NCBI GenBank assembly: GCA_040752415.1
Contig: JBFMGU010000255.1
Span: 1 to 15,310, forward strand
Length of the DNA: 15,310 bases
From: Myxococcota bacterium
GTDB taxonomy: Bacteria > Myxococcota > JACRCW01
Direction of reading: 5' to 3'
The position numbers and the translations under genes are program-made. Shown in pieces: positions 8,323 through 15,310 of this stretch (its first letter is position 1; every line of letters starts with the position of its first letter). Below the pieces are notes generated by a model. The model saw nothing but the letters and a program-made list of their open reading frames with translations, was not told the DNA's origin and ran no database searches.

Positions 8323-9038
8323 TAGGACGGCGCCACGCAGGTGGTCCCCGCGTCGGAGGGGTCACACGCGGGACTGCTCCCACACATGGGGCTGCCCAGG
8401 ACACACGCCGCTCCGCGCTCCGGCGCCACGACGCTGTTGCACGCGCCGCAGTTCGCCAGGTCGCCGTACAGGTCGGTCTCGCAGGTCACGCCGCCGTCAT
8501 CACAGTTCCCCCGACCCGCCACGCAGTCCGCAACGCGACAGCTCTCCAGCCCGCCGTCACCGCCCTCACAGCGCCACGCCGCCACACCGCCGTCGGGCAC
8601 CAGCTGACCGCAGCTCGCGGGACACGTGGGCCCTGCATCCACGCCGCCGCTGCTCGTCGAGGAGGTCGACGTTGTCGTCGTGGTGGTGCTGGACGTGCCT
8701 GCCCCGCTGCTGGACGCGCTGCTGGTGGACGCACTGGCGGTCCCGCTGCTCAACGAGGAACTGGAGCTGACCACCACCCCACTGGAGCTGCTGGACGACG
8801 ACGTGCTGGACGCGGATGACGTGCTTCCCGAGGTCGCGGAGGTCCCGGAAGCGCTGGAGGACGCGCCGCCGGTCGACGTCGTGGTGGAACCGGGCTGTGC
8901 GGAAGTGCACGTGTTCGTGGCGGTGTCGCACGTGGCGCCGGACTCGCATTCCGCGTCGGAAGTGCACTCCGCAACCTGCAGACAGCCAGCCGTTCCGCCC
9001 AGGACCATTCCCAGCAGCAACACCCGCACACGCGTCAT
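8322..9038 (-). CDS. Cys-rich lipoprotein with a long Ser/Thr linker (238 aa; possibly the N-terminal half of a split gene)
   Basis: AGGAG RBS upstream. Signal MTRVRVLLLGMVLGGTAG-C, then CTSDAEC..C..C module, ~85-aa Ser/Thr/Gly tract and CETDLYGDLANCGAC motif. Ends TTCVAPS-TAG. Confidence 0.8.
   Translation of the reverse strand: MTRVRVLLLGMVLGGTAGCLQVAECTSDAECESGATCDTATNTCTSAQPGSTTTSTGGASSSASGTSATSGSTSSASSTSSSSSSSGVVVSSSSSLSSGTASASTSSASSSGAGTSSTTTTTTSTSSTSSGGVDAGPTCPASCGQLVPDGGVAAWRCEGGDGGLESCRVADCVAGRGNCDDGGVTCETDLYGDLANCGACNSVVAPERGAACVLGSPMCGSSPACDPSDAGTTCVAPS
8645..8895 (-). repeat. Ser/Thr-rich low-complexity linker coding region
   Basis: STTTSTGGASSSASGTSATSGSTSSASSTSSSSSSSG...TSSTTTTTTSTSSTSSGG. 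Confidence 0.85.
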
Positions 9039-9042
9039 GAGC

Positions 9043-10113
9043 TCACTCCTGTCCCACTGCCACGCTGGCCACCGCCATCCCTGCGCCAGCCATCAACAGT
9101 ACCGCGCCCACCATCCCCACCAGCGCACCCGCTGGCACCAGTCCCGCCACGCCCAACACGCGCAGCACCGCCACCGGCGTCGGCTCTCCCGGGAAACGCG
9201 TGACCTTCCCGACGAGGGGGCTGGTGCGCGGCCACACCGCGGTCAATCCCGCCGCCGCCACCGCGGTCACCACCCCGACGACAAACACCACCACGCCCGC
9301 CACCGCCGAGCCCGCCCCGACGTACAGCAGGGGTCCCGGCCCACCTTCTCCGGAAGTCCCGCCGTCGTCGGGCGGGGGGCTGGCGTTGGAGAGCGGGTCA
9401 TAGGGCCGCGTGTCAGCGTCCACCTTCACGGTGCCGTCGGCTGCAATCCGCACCACGGTGGCGCGCTCGTAACGCACGTCCACGTTGACGGGAGGCTGCT
9501 CCACCTGCCCGCGCACCACGGTGAGCCGGTACATCCCCGGCGCCTCCGGCACGCGCGCGGTGGCGGGACACGCGGCAACCTGGTTGGAGCGCAGCCACAC
9601 CGTCGTGTCACTGCCGGCCTCGCACACCACGTCGACGGCGCCGCGGTACAGGTCGGGAGAGAGCAGCTGCACGGCAACCTCACGCATGGCCGCGGAGAGC
9701 TGGAACCCCTCGTCGGTGAGCGTGACGCTGCCCGCGCGACCGGGTGTCACCTGCCCGCCCTGCATCTCGTACAGCGCCACGTTGGCCACGCGCTCCGAGC
9801 CCTGCGAGACCACCTCGCCAATGATGATGACGTCGGCGGCCAGCAGCGCCTGGATCTGCGTGTAGCAGGCCGGCCTGGTGGTACACGACCAACCCGCGGC
9901 GGTGGCCTGCTCCAACAACGTCTGCGTCTCGGCGGCGGAGACCACCTTGTATCCGGGCAGACGCTCCGCCTGGTCGCGGAAGGCCTGCTCCGCGCGGTGC
10001 GCCGTCTCCGCCAGCGTCACCGGCGCATCAAACTGCATGATCAACACACGTCGCGGGGCGGTGTGCGTCCCCTGGACGGCCAACGCGCCCACCAGCAGCA
10101 ACCAAGCGTGCAT
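9043..10113 (-). CDS. Exported hypothetical protein with an N-terminal alpha/beta domain, a PEGA-like domain and a C-terminal Gly-rich hydrophobic hairpin
   Basis: Signal-like MHAWLLLVGALAVQG. The RVLIMQF..YKVVS..C...AC..QI..LL.AD.II.GEV pattern is typical of myxobacterial PEGA-associated proteins. PG.YRLTV motif, two long hydrophobic segments near the C-terminus, GGGAG RBS. Confidence 0.7.
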   Translation of the reverse strand: MHAWLLLVGALAVQGTHTAPRRVLIMQFDAPVTLAETAHRAEQAFRDQAERLPGYKVVSAAETQTLLEQATAAGWSCTTRPACYTQIQALLAADVIIIGEVVSQGSERVANVALYEMQGGQVTPGRAGSVTLTDEGFQLSAAMREVAVQLLSPDLYRGAVDVVCEAGSDTTVWLRSNQVAACPATARVPEAPGMYRLTVVRGQVEQPPVNVDVRYERATVVRIAADGTVKVDADTRPYDPLSNASPPPDDGGTSGEGGPGPLLYVGAGSAVAGVVVFVVGVVTAVAAAGLTAVWPRTSPLVGKVTRFPGEPTPVAVLRVLGVAGLVPAGALVGMVGAVLLMAGAGMAVASVAVGQE

Positions 10114-10145
10114 GCAATCTCCCGACTACCTCTGGCGCGGGTACC

Positions 10146-11018
10146 TTAGCGCATCAACTCCGCCAGACCGTCCTTGATCACCGTGACGCCGGCACTGTTG
10201 TACGCCTCGACGACCAACGTCAGTTTGTCGGCAGACTCCTCCTGCTTCCAGGCCTTGATGGTGAGCGTCTCGCCGTTGAGCACCGGCTTGGCGAACCGCG
10301 CCTTGATGCGCTTCAGTTTCTCGGGATTGCCGCCCGCCACCTTGTCGACGAGCGCGTTCTGCACGAAGGCCATGGTGCACAGGCCGTGGAGGATGATGTC
10401 GGGCAGGCCCGCGGCCTTGGCCACCTCGGGGTCCTTGTGGATGGGGTTGTGGTCGCCGGACGCATCCGCGTAACGGAGGCTCTGGTCCTTGGCCACATCC
10501 ACGCTGGCGACGAACAGCGGCTCACCGGGAGGCGGTCCCTCCTGCTTGCGCGCGTCGTCCTCGGCCTTCTGCGCGGCGTCGCGCTTGCCGGTGCGGCCCT
10601 TGATGAACAGGCCCATGACGACGTCACAAACCTTCTCGCCCTTCTGGTTCACGCTCTCAAGACCAATGTCCAGCAGCTCCCCGCTGGTCTTGTCGGTGAT
10701 GGCCTTGACCGTGGCGGTGGTCTTGATGACGTCGCCGGGGCGCACGGGGCGGAGGAAGGTCATGTCCTGCTCGCCGTGGACCAGGCGCATCATGTTCACG
10801 CGCAGGTCGGAGTCGAAGAGTGGCTGGGCCACGTCGGGGAACTGGAACACCACGGCGTAGATGGGCGGAGCAATGATGCCGCCGGGGCGCTTCTCGTCGA
10901 GATAGGCGGGGTTGTCGGTGTTGGTGGCGCGCGCGTAGGCCATGGTGTGCTCGGCCTCCACGTTCCACTCGGCAGTAGGGGAATAGCTCTTGCCAATGAA
11001 GTCCTTGTTCAGTGCCAT
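10146..11018 (-). CDS. MaoC-family (R)-specific enoyl-CoA hydratase/3-hydroxyacyl dehydratase, double-hotdog fold
   Basis: N-terminal hotdog: YARATNTDNPAYLD..APP..LVHGEQ..RPVRPGD. C-terminal hydratase-2 motif: YADASGDHNPIHKD..AKAAGLPDIILHGLCT. GGAG RBS. Confidence 0.9.
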   Translation of the reverse strand: MALNKDFIGKSYSPTAEWNVEAEHTMAYARATNTDNPAYLDEKRPGGIIAPPIYAVVFQFPDVAQPLFDSDLRVNMMRLVHGEQDMTFLRPVRPGDVIKTTATVKAITDKTSGELLDIGLESVNQKGEKVCDVVMGLFIKGRTGKRDAAQKAEDDARKQEGPPPGEPLFVASVDVAKDQSLRYADASGDHNPIHKDPEVAKAAGLPDIILHGLCTMAFVQNALVDKVAGGNPEKLKRIKARFAKPVLNGETLTIKAWKQEESADKLTLVVEAYNSAGVTVIKDGLAELMR

Positions 11019-11054
11019 GGGTGCTCCGCGTCCACCGGGGTCGGCGGCGGCGGG

Positions 11055-11084
11055 GGCTTACCAGACCACCATGGGCCAGGACAA
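11055..11084 (-). promoter_or_regulatory. Possible promoter for the MaoC gene and downstream genes
   Basis: Minus strand TTGTCC-18 bp-TAAGCC with TG one base upstream of the -10 (extended -10-like). Weak match. Confidence 0.25.
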
Positions 11085-11096
11085 AGGCCGTGGCGC

Positions 11097-11543
11097 TCAG
11101 CGCGGGGTCCGCTCCAGCACCGCGACACGCTCCTCCACCGCCGCTATCCGGGCGATGACGTCACGCTGGACCTGCGTCAGCTCGTGCTCGGTGACCATGC
11201 GGTCCTTGATTTCCGTCAACAGCGTGATCATCTGGCGGCGCTCCTGCTGGGCAGCCAGTCTGTCGTCGCGCAGCTCCCGCGTGAGCCCCTGCACGTCGAC
11301 CTCCAACCCCGTCAGACGGTGCCCATGCTCACCCAGCAGGCGGGTGTGCTCGCCCAGCATGCGGGAGTGCTCGCCCAGCATCCGGGAGTGCTCGCCCAGC
11401 ATCCGGGAGTGGTCCTCCAGGGTGTTCTCGATGCGCCCGAGCCGGGTGTTGAGGGTTGCGTCAATGCTCTTCAGCAACTCCACCACCTTGGCCCCGTACA
11501 CGGGCTCTCCCGCACCGTTTCCTCGTTTGCGACCGCCCGCCAT
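11097..11543 (-). CDS. Hypothetical coiled-coil protein (148 aa) with LGEHSRM heptad repeats
   Basis: ATG 11543 preceded by AAGGGAG. Continuous heptad periodicity and GC3-rich codons. Confidence 0.75.
   Translation of the reverse strand: MAGGRKRGNGAGEPVYGAKVVELLKSIDATLNTRLGRIENTLEDHSRMLGEHSRMLGEHSRMLGEHTRLLGEHGHRLTGLEVDVQGLTRELRDDRLAAQQERRQMITLLTEIKDRMVTEHELTQVQRDVIARIAAVEERVAVLERTPR
11326..11420. repeat. 21-bp tandem repeat, about 4.5 copies
   Basis: TGCTCGCCCAGCATCCGGGAG exact at 11368 and 11389, one mismatch at 11347, degenerate at 11326 and 11410. Encodes heptads on the minus strand. Confidence 0.92.
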
Positions 11544-11562
11544 GCGCGCTCCCTTGGCTCCA

Positions 11563-11571
11563 ATCCTACCA
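11563..11571 (-). promoter_or_regulatory. Possible extended -10 promoter (TGGTAGGAT) for the coiled-coil gene
   Basis: TGn-TAGGAT ends 8 nt upstream of the AAGGGAG RBS. No good -35. Confidence 0.3.
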
Positions 11572-11657
11572 CGTGACCCGAAGGGGTTCAGCGGAGCCTC
11601 TGCCACACGTGTGCGACAACCGCGCCAAGCCCTGCTTCGCCGCGGGCAGCGCGCTCC

Positions 11658-11697
11658 TGCGACGTTGACCTGACCGAAAAACAGTCAGCCTGTCGCA
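11658..11697. promoter_or_regulatory. Nested inverted repeat (operator-like or hairpin) in the divergent intergenic region
   Basis: TGCGAC(11658-63)...CTGAC(11670-74)-cgaaaaaca-GTCAG(11684-88)...GTCGCA(11692-97). Confidence 0.4.
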
Positions 11698-11805
11698 TTC
11701 CCGGACACCCATGGCCCCTGCGCGCGAGGCCTTCTGCTCGTGCCCGCCACCCCGTCGTCCTGGCGCAGCGCTTGCGAACCGAGCGGCGGAGGGTCGGAGG
11801 AGACC

Positions 11806-12081
11806 ATGCGTGGAACGAAACACCGCCGGGAAACGAGCTATCTGGGAAACATCATCCTGGGCACAGCCACGCTACTGGACGCGCTGGCGGCGGAGCTCAA
11901 GCGCAGCAAACACCGCACAAACCCCGCCGACGACGACCTGGTCATCCAATGCCTGCGCAGCATGCGGACCACGCGCGGCCTGCTCGCGAAGCTGCTGGCG
12001 CTTGAGAAAGGGGATGCTGACCGGTCCAAGGGAACGCGAGCGCGGGTCAGAACAGCTTCACCGCACCGGCGGGGCCGCTGA
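11806..12081 (+). CDS. Small basic hypothetical protein (91 aa)
   Basis: Strong RBS GGAGGAG 3 nt before ATG 11806. GC3-rich codons and helical core. The 3' end overlaps lptD by 35 bp. Confidence 0.55.
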   Translation: MRGTKHRRETSYLGNIILGTATLLDALAAELKRSKHRTNPADDDLVIQCLRSMRTTRGLLAKLLALEKGDADRSKGTRARVRTASPHRRGR

Positions 12082-14587
12082 GGTTCACCTGGACCGCGGC
12101 GTCGGGGAAGTAACGTTGCCAGCCGGTGCGGTCGGGCCACCAGCGCACGCGCGCGGCCACGCCCCAACACCGACACGCCGACTCATACGCCACGCCCCCG
12201 CCGTGGGTGAGGAGCACGGGACGCGCGTCGCGGGGCTGGCGTGGCAGTGCCTGGTCCAAGCTCAGGTCCAGCCCGGGGAACGCCGCCTCGAAGCCGTAGT
12301 CCACCCACGCCTGGCCCAGCGGTACGCGCAGGAGCATGTCCAGCCGGTCGCTGCCGCCGTCGCGGATGGGCCCGTCGAGGCGCAGTCCGCCCAGCAGCTC
12401 CTCGCCGCCGGCGAGCATGAAGCGCGGCGGTCGTGGGCCCACGCGCGTGTAGCCCATGTGCACCTGCGGCCGGTCCCCGCCACCGAGGTCAAAACCGGTC
12501 TGCGCGAACGTCACCTCGCGCAACACCGGGTCCACCGCCAGCCGGAACGACGCACCCGCATCCCCCGCCACCATCTGCCAGCGCCCGTACAGCTCCCGCC
12601 GACTGAGGTCCATGATGTCCTGCGAGGCCCGGATTTCCGTCGTCAGCGTGGCGCGGCGTCCCAGCAGCCTTCCCGCCGCCAGCTCGTTCCACAGGCCCGC
12701 GCCCACGGCGTGGTACCGCCCGGTGCGGTCCGACTCATCCATCCACGGCCACGCTCCCCCGCTCCGTCGCGCCCACCACACACCCTGGTAGCCCACCGAC
12801 GGACGCAGCTTGTGGGTGAGCCCGCCCATGCCGCGCGCGGTGAAGCGCCCCGTCACCTCCGTCTCCGCGTTCGCGTACGCGAGCAGGCGCGTGACGTCGG
12901 CGGCGCCCTGCGTGGGCGAGAAGAACACGGCCTCCCGCACCGCCATCCCGGCACGGAATCCACCAAAGCGGCCCAGGCGCAGCGGCGCCACGAGGTGCGG
13001 TTCCATGAACACGCGGACGCTGCCGGCCTGGCGTCCCGGCTGGGTGAAGTCCTCGCGCGTGCGCTCTTGTCCGGGCGCGTCGGGCGCACCAAGCAGCCAC
13101 TCCTGGTCCATCCCCAGCTGCGCCCGACCAGCCACCAGGGTCCCCAGGTGCGGCACGCTCAACAACGGAACCTCGACGAGACGCAGCCGCAGCGAAGGCA
13201 TCCGGTGCGCCAGCATGGCGCTGCGGTCGCCAAACAGCGCCACCTCTGGCTGCTGCAGGTCCTGGAAGGTGACCAACGCGGCGGAGAAGTAGACGCTGCC
13301 CTTCCCGTGGCTGATGGCGGCGGCGCTGCGCAGGTACGGCGCCACGCGGTCCCCGAGCGAAGCACCGAAGTCCCCAGGCACGTACTTGTCACTGGCCTGG
13401 TTCATGTCGGCGGCGAGACTGACGCCGGCCAGCGTCGAGGTGACAAGGAGACGGGAGGCAAAACGGTCTGGCCACAGGTACTCCCCCGTCGCGGTGCGAC
13501 CGCCGCGGAGCGCCAGCCGCTGCTCCACCTCCGCGGGCACCTCCACACCCAGGGGAATCTCATACGCAGGCCCCGCCCGACGCTGCGCCACGTGCTTGCG
13601 GTCGTGCTGGTACATGACGTCGAGCTCGGCGTAGGTGTCCTCGTTCGGTGCGGCGCGGAGCTCCAGCTGCAACCGGGGACCGCGCTCCAGGACGAAGCCG
13701 GGTCCCACGGTGACGTCGGCGCTGTCACCGAGGGTCAGGTAGGCAGGTTGGGTGATCCACAGGCCGTCCTGGAAGCGGATTTCCGGGAAGAGCAGGCCGC
13801 TCTGACGCGCACTCAGCGGCACCACCCAGAGTGGGAGGAGCGCCACGGGAACGTCGTAGATGTGGACGCGGGGGGACCAGACCAGCGCATAGCGACCCAC
13901 CACCACGTTCGCGCGTTCGGCCCGCACACTCCACGGCGCGGAGCCGGTCTTGCAGTCGCACGTGGTGACGTACGCGTTCTGGATGCGCAGCTCGTTGGGG
14001 CCCAGCAGCGTCACCGTCTCGCCGGTGGTGATGGACGAGCGCGCCCCCGGCGGCGCCCGGCCCAACCGCGCCACGGCGTCACGGGTGGCCTTGTCCATGG
14101 GCGCACGCGACTCGGTCCGCACCTGGCGCATGACGCCGGACTGGGTCTTGAGGTCCAGGTCGGCGGACTGGCAGGTCACCACCTGGTTCGCCTCCGCCAT
14201 GATGATGGGCCCGGCGGCGTGGAGCACACCGGTGCGCAGGTTCAACGTCGCTGCGCTGGCGGCCACGCTCCGGTCGGGGGCAAGCACCAGCACGCCGCCT
14301 TCCGCGCGGAGCGCGTGCTCGTTGGGGTCGTAGACCACGCGCTCGGCGCGCAGGGTGATGACGTCGGCAGAGGTGGTTGGCCTGGGGGGTGGCGGCTGGG
14401 GCTCGGGAGGGAGCGCGAGCGGCTCCTCGTCGGGGGGAGCGGGTGGCTCAGCCGGGGTCGCAGGCCACTCCAGTTGCAGCTCCACCGGTTCGGGCGGGGG
14501 CTCCTGGGCGTGAGCGTGGACGGCGGAGGCGCAAAACAACAGCACCGTGGAAAGCGTGGCTTTCCCTCGTCGCTGTGGTGCGGACAT
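12047..14587 (-). CDS. lptD: LPS-assembly protein LptD (OstA family)
   Basis: Signal peptide and Pro-rich linker. ITLRAERVVYD..AEGGV beta-jellyroll, then NAYVTTCDC..PWSVRAE..VPVALLP..RQSGLLFP..QPAYLTLGDSADVT, LTHKLRPSVGY and YESACRCW. These are typical LptD patterns. 846 aa. Confidence 0.85.
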   Translation of the reverse strand: MSAPQRRGKATLSTVLLFCASAVHAHAQEPPPEPVELQLEWPATPAEPPAPPDEEPLALPPEPQPPPPRPTTSADVITLRAERVVYDPNEHALRAEGGVLVLAPDRSVAASAATLNLRTGVLHAAGPIIMAEANQVVTCQSADLDLKTQSGVMRQVRTESRAPMDKATRDAVARLGRAPPGARSSITTGETVTLLGPNELRIQNAYVTTCDCKTGSAPWSVRAERANVVVGRYALVWSPRVHIYDVPVALLPLWVVPLSARQSGLLFPEIRFQDGLWITQPAYLTLGDSADVTVGPGFVLERGPRLQLELRAAPNEDTYAELDVMYQHDRKHVAQRRAGPAYEIPLGVEVPAEVEQRLALRGGRTATGEYLWPDRFASRLLVTSTLAGVSLAADMNQASDKYVPGDFGASLGDRVAPYLRSAAAISHGKGSVYFSAALVTFQDLQQPEVALFGDRSAMLAHRMPSLRLRLVEVPLLSVPHLGTLVAGRAQLGMDQEWLLGAPDAPGQERTREDFTQPGRQAGSVRVFMEPHLVAPLRLGRFGGFRAGMAVREAVFFSPTQGAADVTRLLAYANAETEVTGRFTARGMGGLTHKLRPSVGYQGVWWARRSGGAWPWMDESDRTGRYHAVGAGLWNELAAGRLLGRRATLTTEIRASQDIMDLSRRELYGRWQMVAGDAGASFRLAVDPVLREVTFAQTGFDLGGGDRPQVHMGYTRVGPRPPRFMLAGGEELLGGLRLDGPIRDGGSDRLDMLLRVPLGQAWVDYGFEAAFPGLDLSLDQALPRQPRDARPVLLTHGGGVAYESACRCWGVAARVRWWPDRTGWQRYFPDAAVQVNLSGPAGAVKLF

Positions 14588-14599
14588 GGGACGTCAGGG

Positions 14600-15310
14600 T
14601 CACCCCTGCGGACGCTGGAAGGCGATGTAGACGGTGTTGCCTTCCTGCTTGGCCTCGTAGGGCACTTCCTCGGAGAGCTCGATGAGGATGCGCGTGGTCT
14701 TGCTGGCGCCCTCAATCTCCTCCGGCGTCACCATCTTCACGGCGGTGCGCGGGAAGAAGCTGGTGTCCAGCACACGCTGGTTGTTGCGCAGCAGGATGCG
14801 CGTGTTCTCCAGCTCCAGGACCACCTTGTTCTGGCCCACCTTGCGGACGTTGTAGCTGACCTTGTCGTTGGTGCGGACCAGCACGCGGCTCTGCTCACCC
14901 ACGTTCTTGAAGCCCACGAAGGTCAGCACGCGCGGCCCGCCGCCGCCGTCGCCGTCGCCCTTGTCCTCGGCGCCTTCACCCTGGGCCACGGGAGCCGGAC
15001 GGCTGCCCGCGTTGGCACCGCCAAACCCGTCGTCACCGCCCTTGCGCTTGGGGTCGGAGGGCGCATCCGCGGCGGAGCCCGCCGTGGAACGCGACGCGTA
15101 CACGGAGCTCGTCGGCGTGACCCCGCTGGTGGCGGCCACTTCCTGCTTCACGGGCTCGTCGGCCTTCTTGTCGCTTTCGGCCTTGGCAACTTCAGCCTTC
15201 ATGCGCTCCAGGCGCTCACGGTCGGCCTTGGCCTTCTCGGCCTCGGCGCGCGCGGCGTCGGCCTTGGCCTTCTCCAGCCGCGCCAGCTCCGCCCGGCGCT
15301 CCGCCTCCTC
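14600..15310 (-). CDS. AMIN-domain protein with Ala/Glu/Lys-rich coiled coil (5' end outside the window)
   Basis: The frame is open to the window edge (EEAERRAELARLEKAKADAARAEAEKAKADRERLERMK...). C-terminal LTFVGFK..SRVLVRT..VVLELENTRI..NNQRVLDTSFF..TRILIEL..Y..KQEGNTVYIAF is AMIN-like. Confidence 0.75.
   Translation of the reverse strand, partial: EEAERRAELARLEKAKADAARAEAEKAKADRERLERMKAEVAKAESDKKADEPVKQEVAATSGVTPTSSVYASRSTAGSAADAPSDPKRKGGDDGFGGANAGSRPAPVAQGEGAEDKGDGDGGGGPRVLTFVGFKNVGEQSRVLVRTNDKVSYNVRKVGQNKVVLELENTRILLRNNQRVLDTSFFPRTAVKMVTPEEIEGASKTTRILIELSEEVPYEAKQEGNTVYIAFQRPQG

Noticed and set aside
8322..8324. TAG read-through (pyrrolysine-type) joining the two ORFs
   Set aside because: The downstream gene is in a different frame. 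In-frame read-through gives a non-homologous peptide that soon stops.
4900..8370. Shufflon-type invertible segment
   Set aside because: The geometry fits, but I found no inverted repeats at the two boundaries by eye and there is no recombinase in the window. A computed self-alignment could revisit this.
8626..10149. 507-aa + strand ORF with an LLD/acidic repeat-like start
   Set aside because: It is the antisense reading of the Ser/Thr linker codons and of the PEGA-like gene.
11326..11420. CRISPR array
   Set aside because: The repeats are contiguous, have no spacers, are a multiple of 3 long and are coding. No cas genes are present.
11544..11606. Upstream GTG start for the coiled-coil gene
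   Set aside because: ATG 11543 has a clear RBS and a candidate -10 element just upstream.
10386..11673. + strand ORFs 10386-11576 and 10990-11673
   Set aside because: They are antisense to the MaoC and coiled-coil genes. Their apparent repeats derive from the same 21-bp array.

Overview
GC-rich bacterial chromosomal window. The gene content suggests Myxococcota or related deltaproteobacteria (inference). Left: a stand-alone nuoG-nuoH pair (complex I) with no other nuo genes downstream. Middle (3140-10113): a cluster of secreted Cys-rich surface-protein genes. These are a 977-aa modular lipoprotein (+) with Ig-like, beta-helix-start and Gly-rich regions; a convergent 5'-truncated FG-GAP (integrin-alpha-like) beta-propeller gene (-); a Ser/Thr-linker Cys-rich lipoprotein (-); and a PEGA-like exported protein (-). 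Right: a double-hotdog MaoC dehydratase, two small divergent orphan genes (one with a His-core heptad tandem repeat), lptD, and a partial AMIN-domain protein. The most notable signal is a ~3.4 kb segment (~4949-8322) with atypical codon usage. It carries the 3' halves of two convergent surface-protein genes, is fused in frame on the left and is out of frame on the right, which suggests exchange of a C-terminal cassette. No RNA genes, CRISPR arrays or transposases were recognised.
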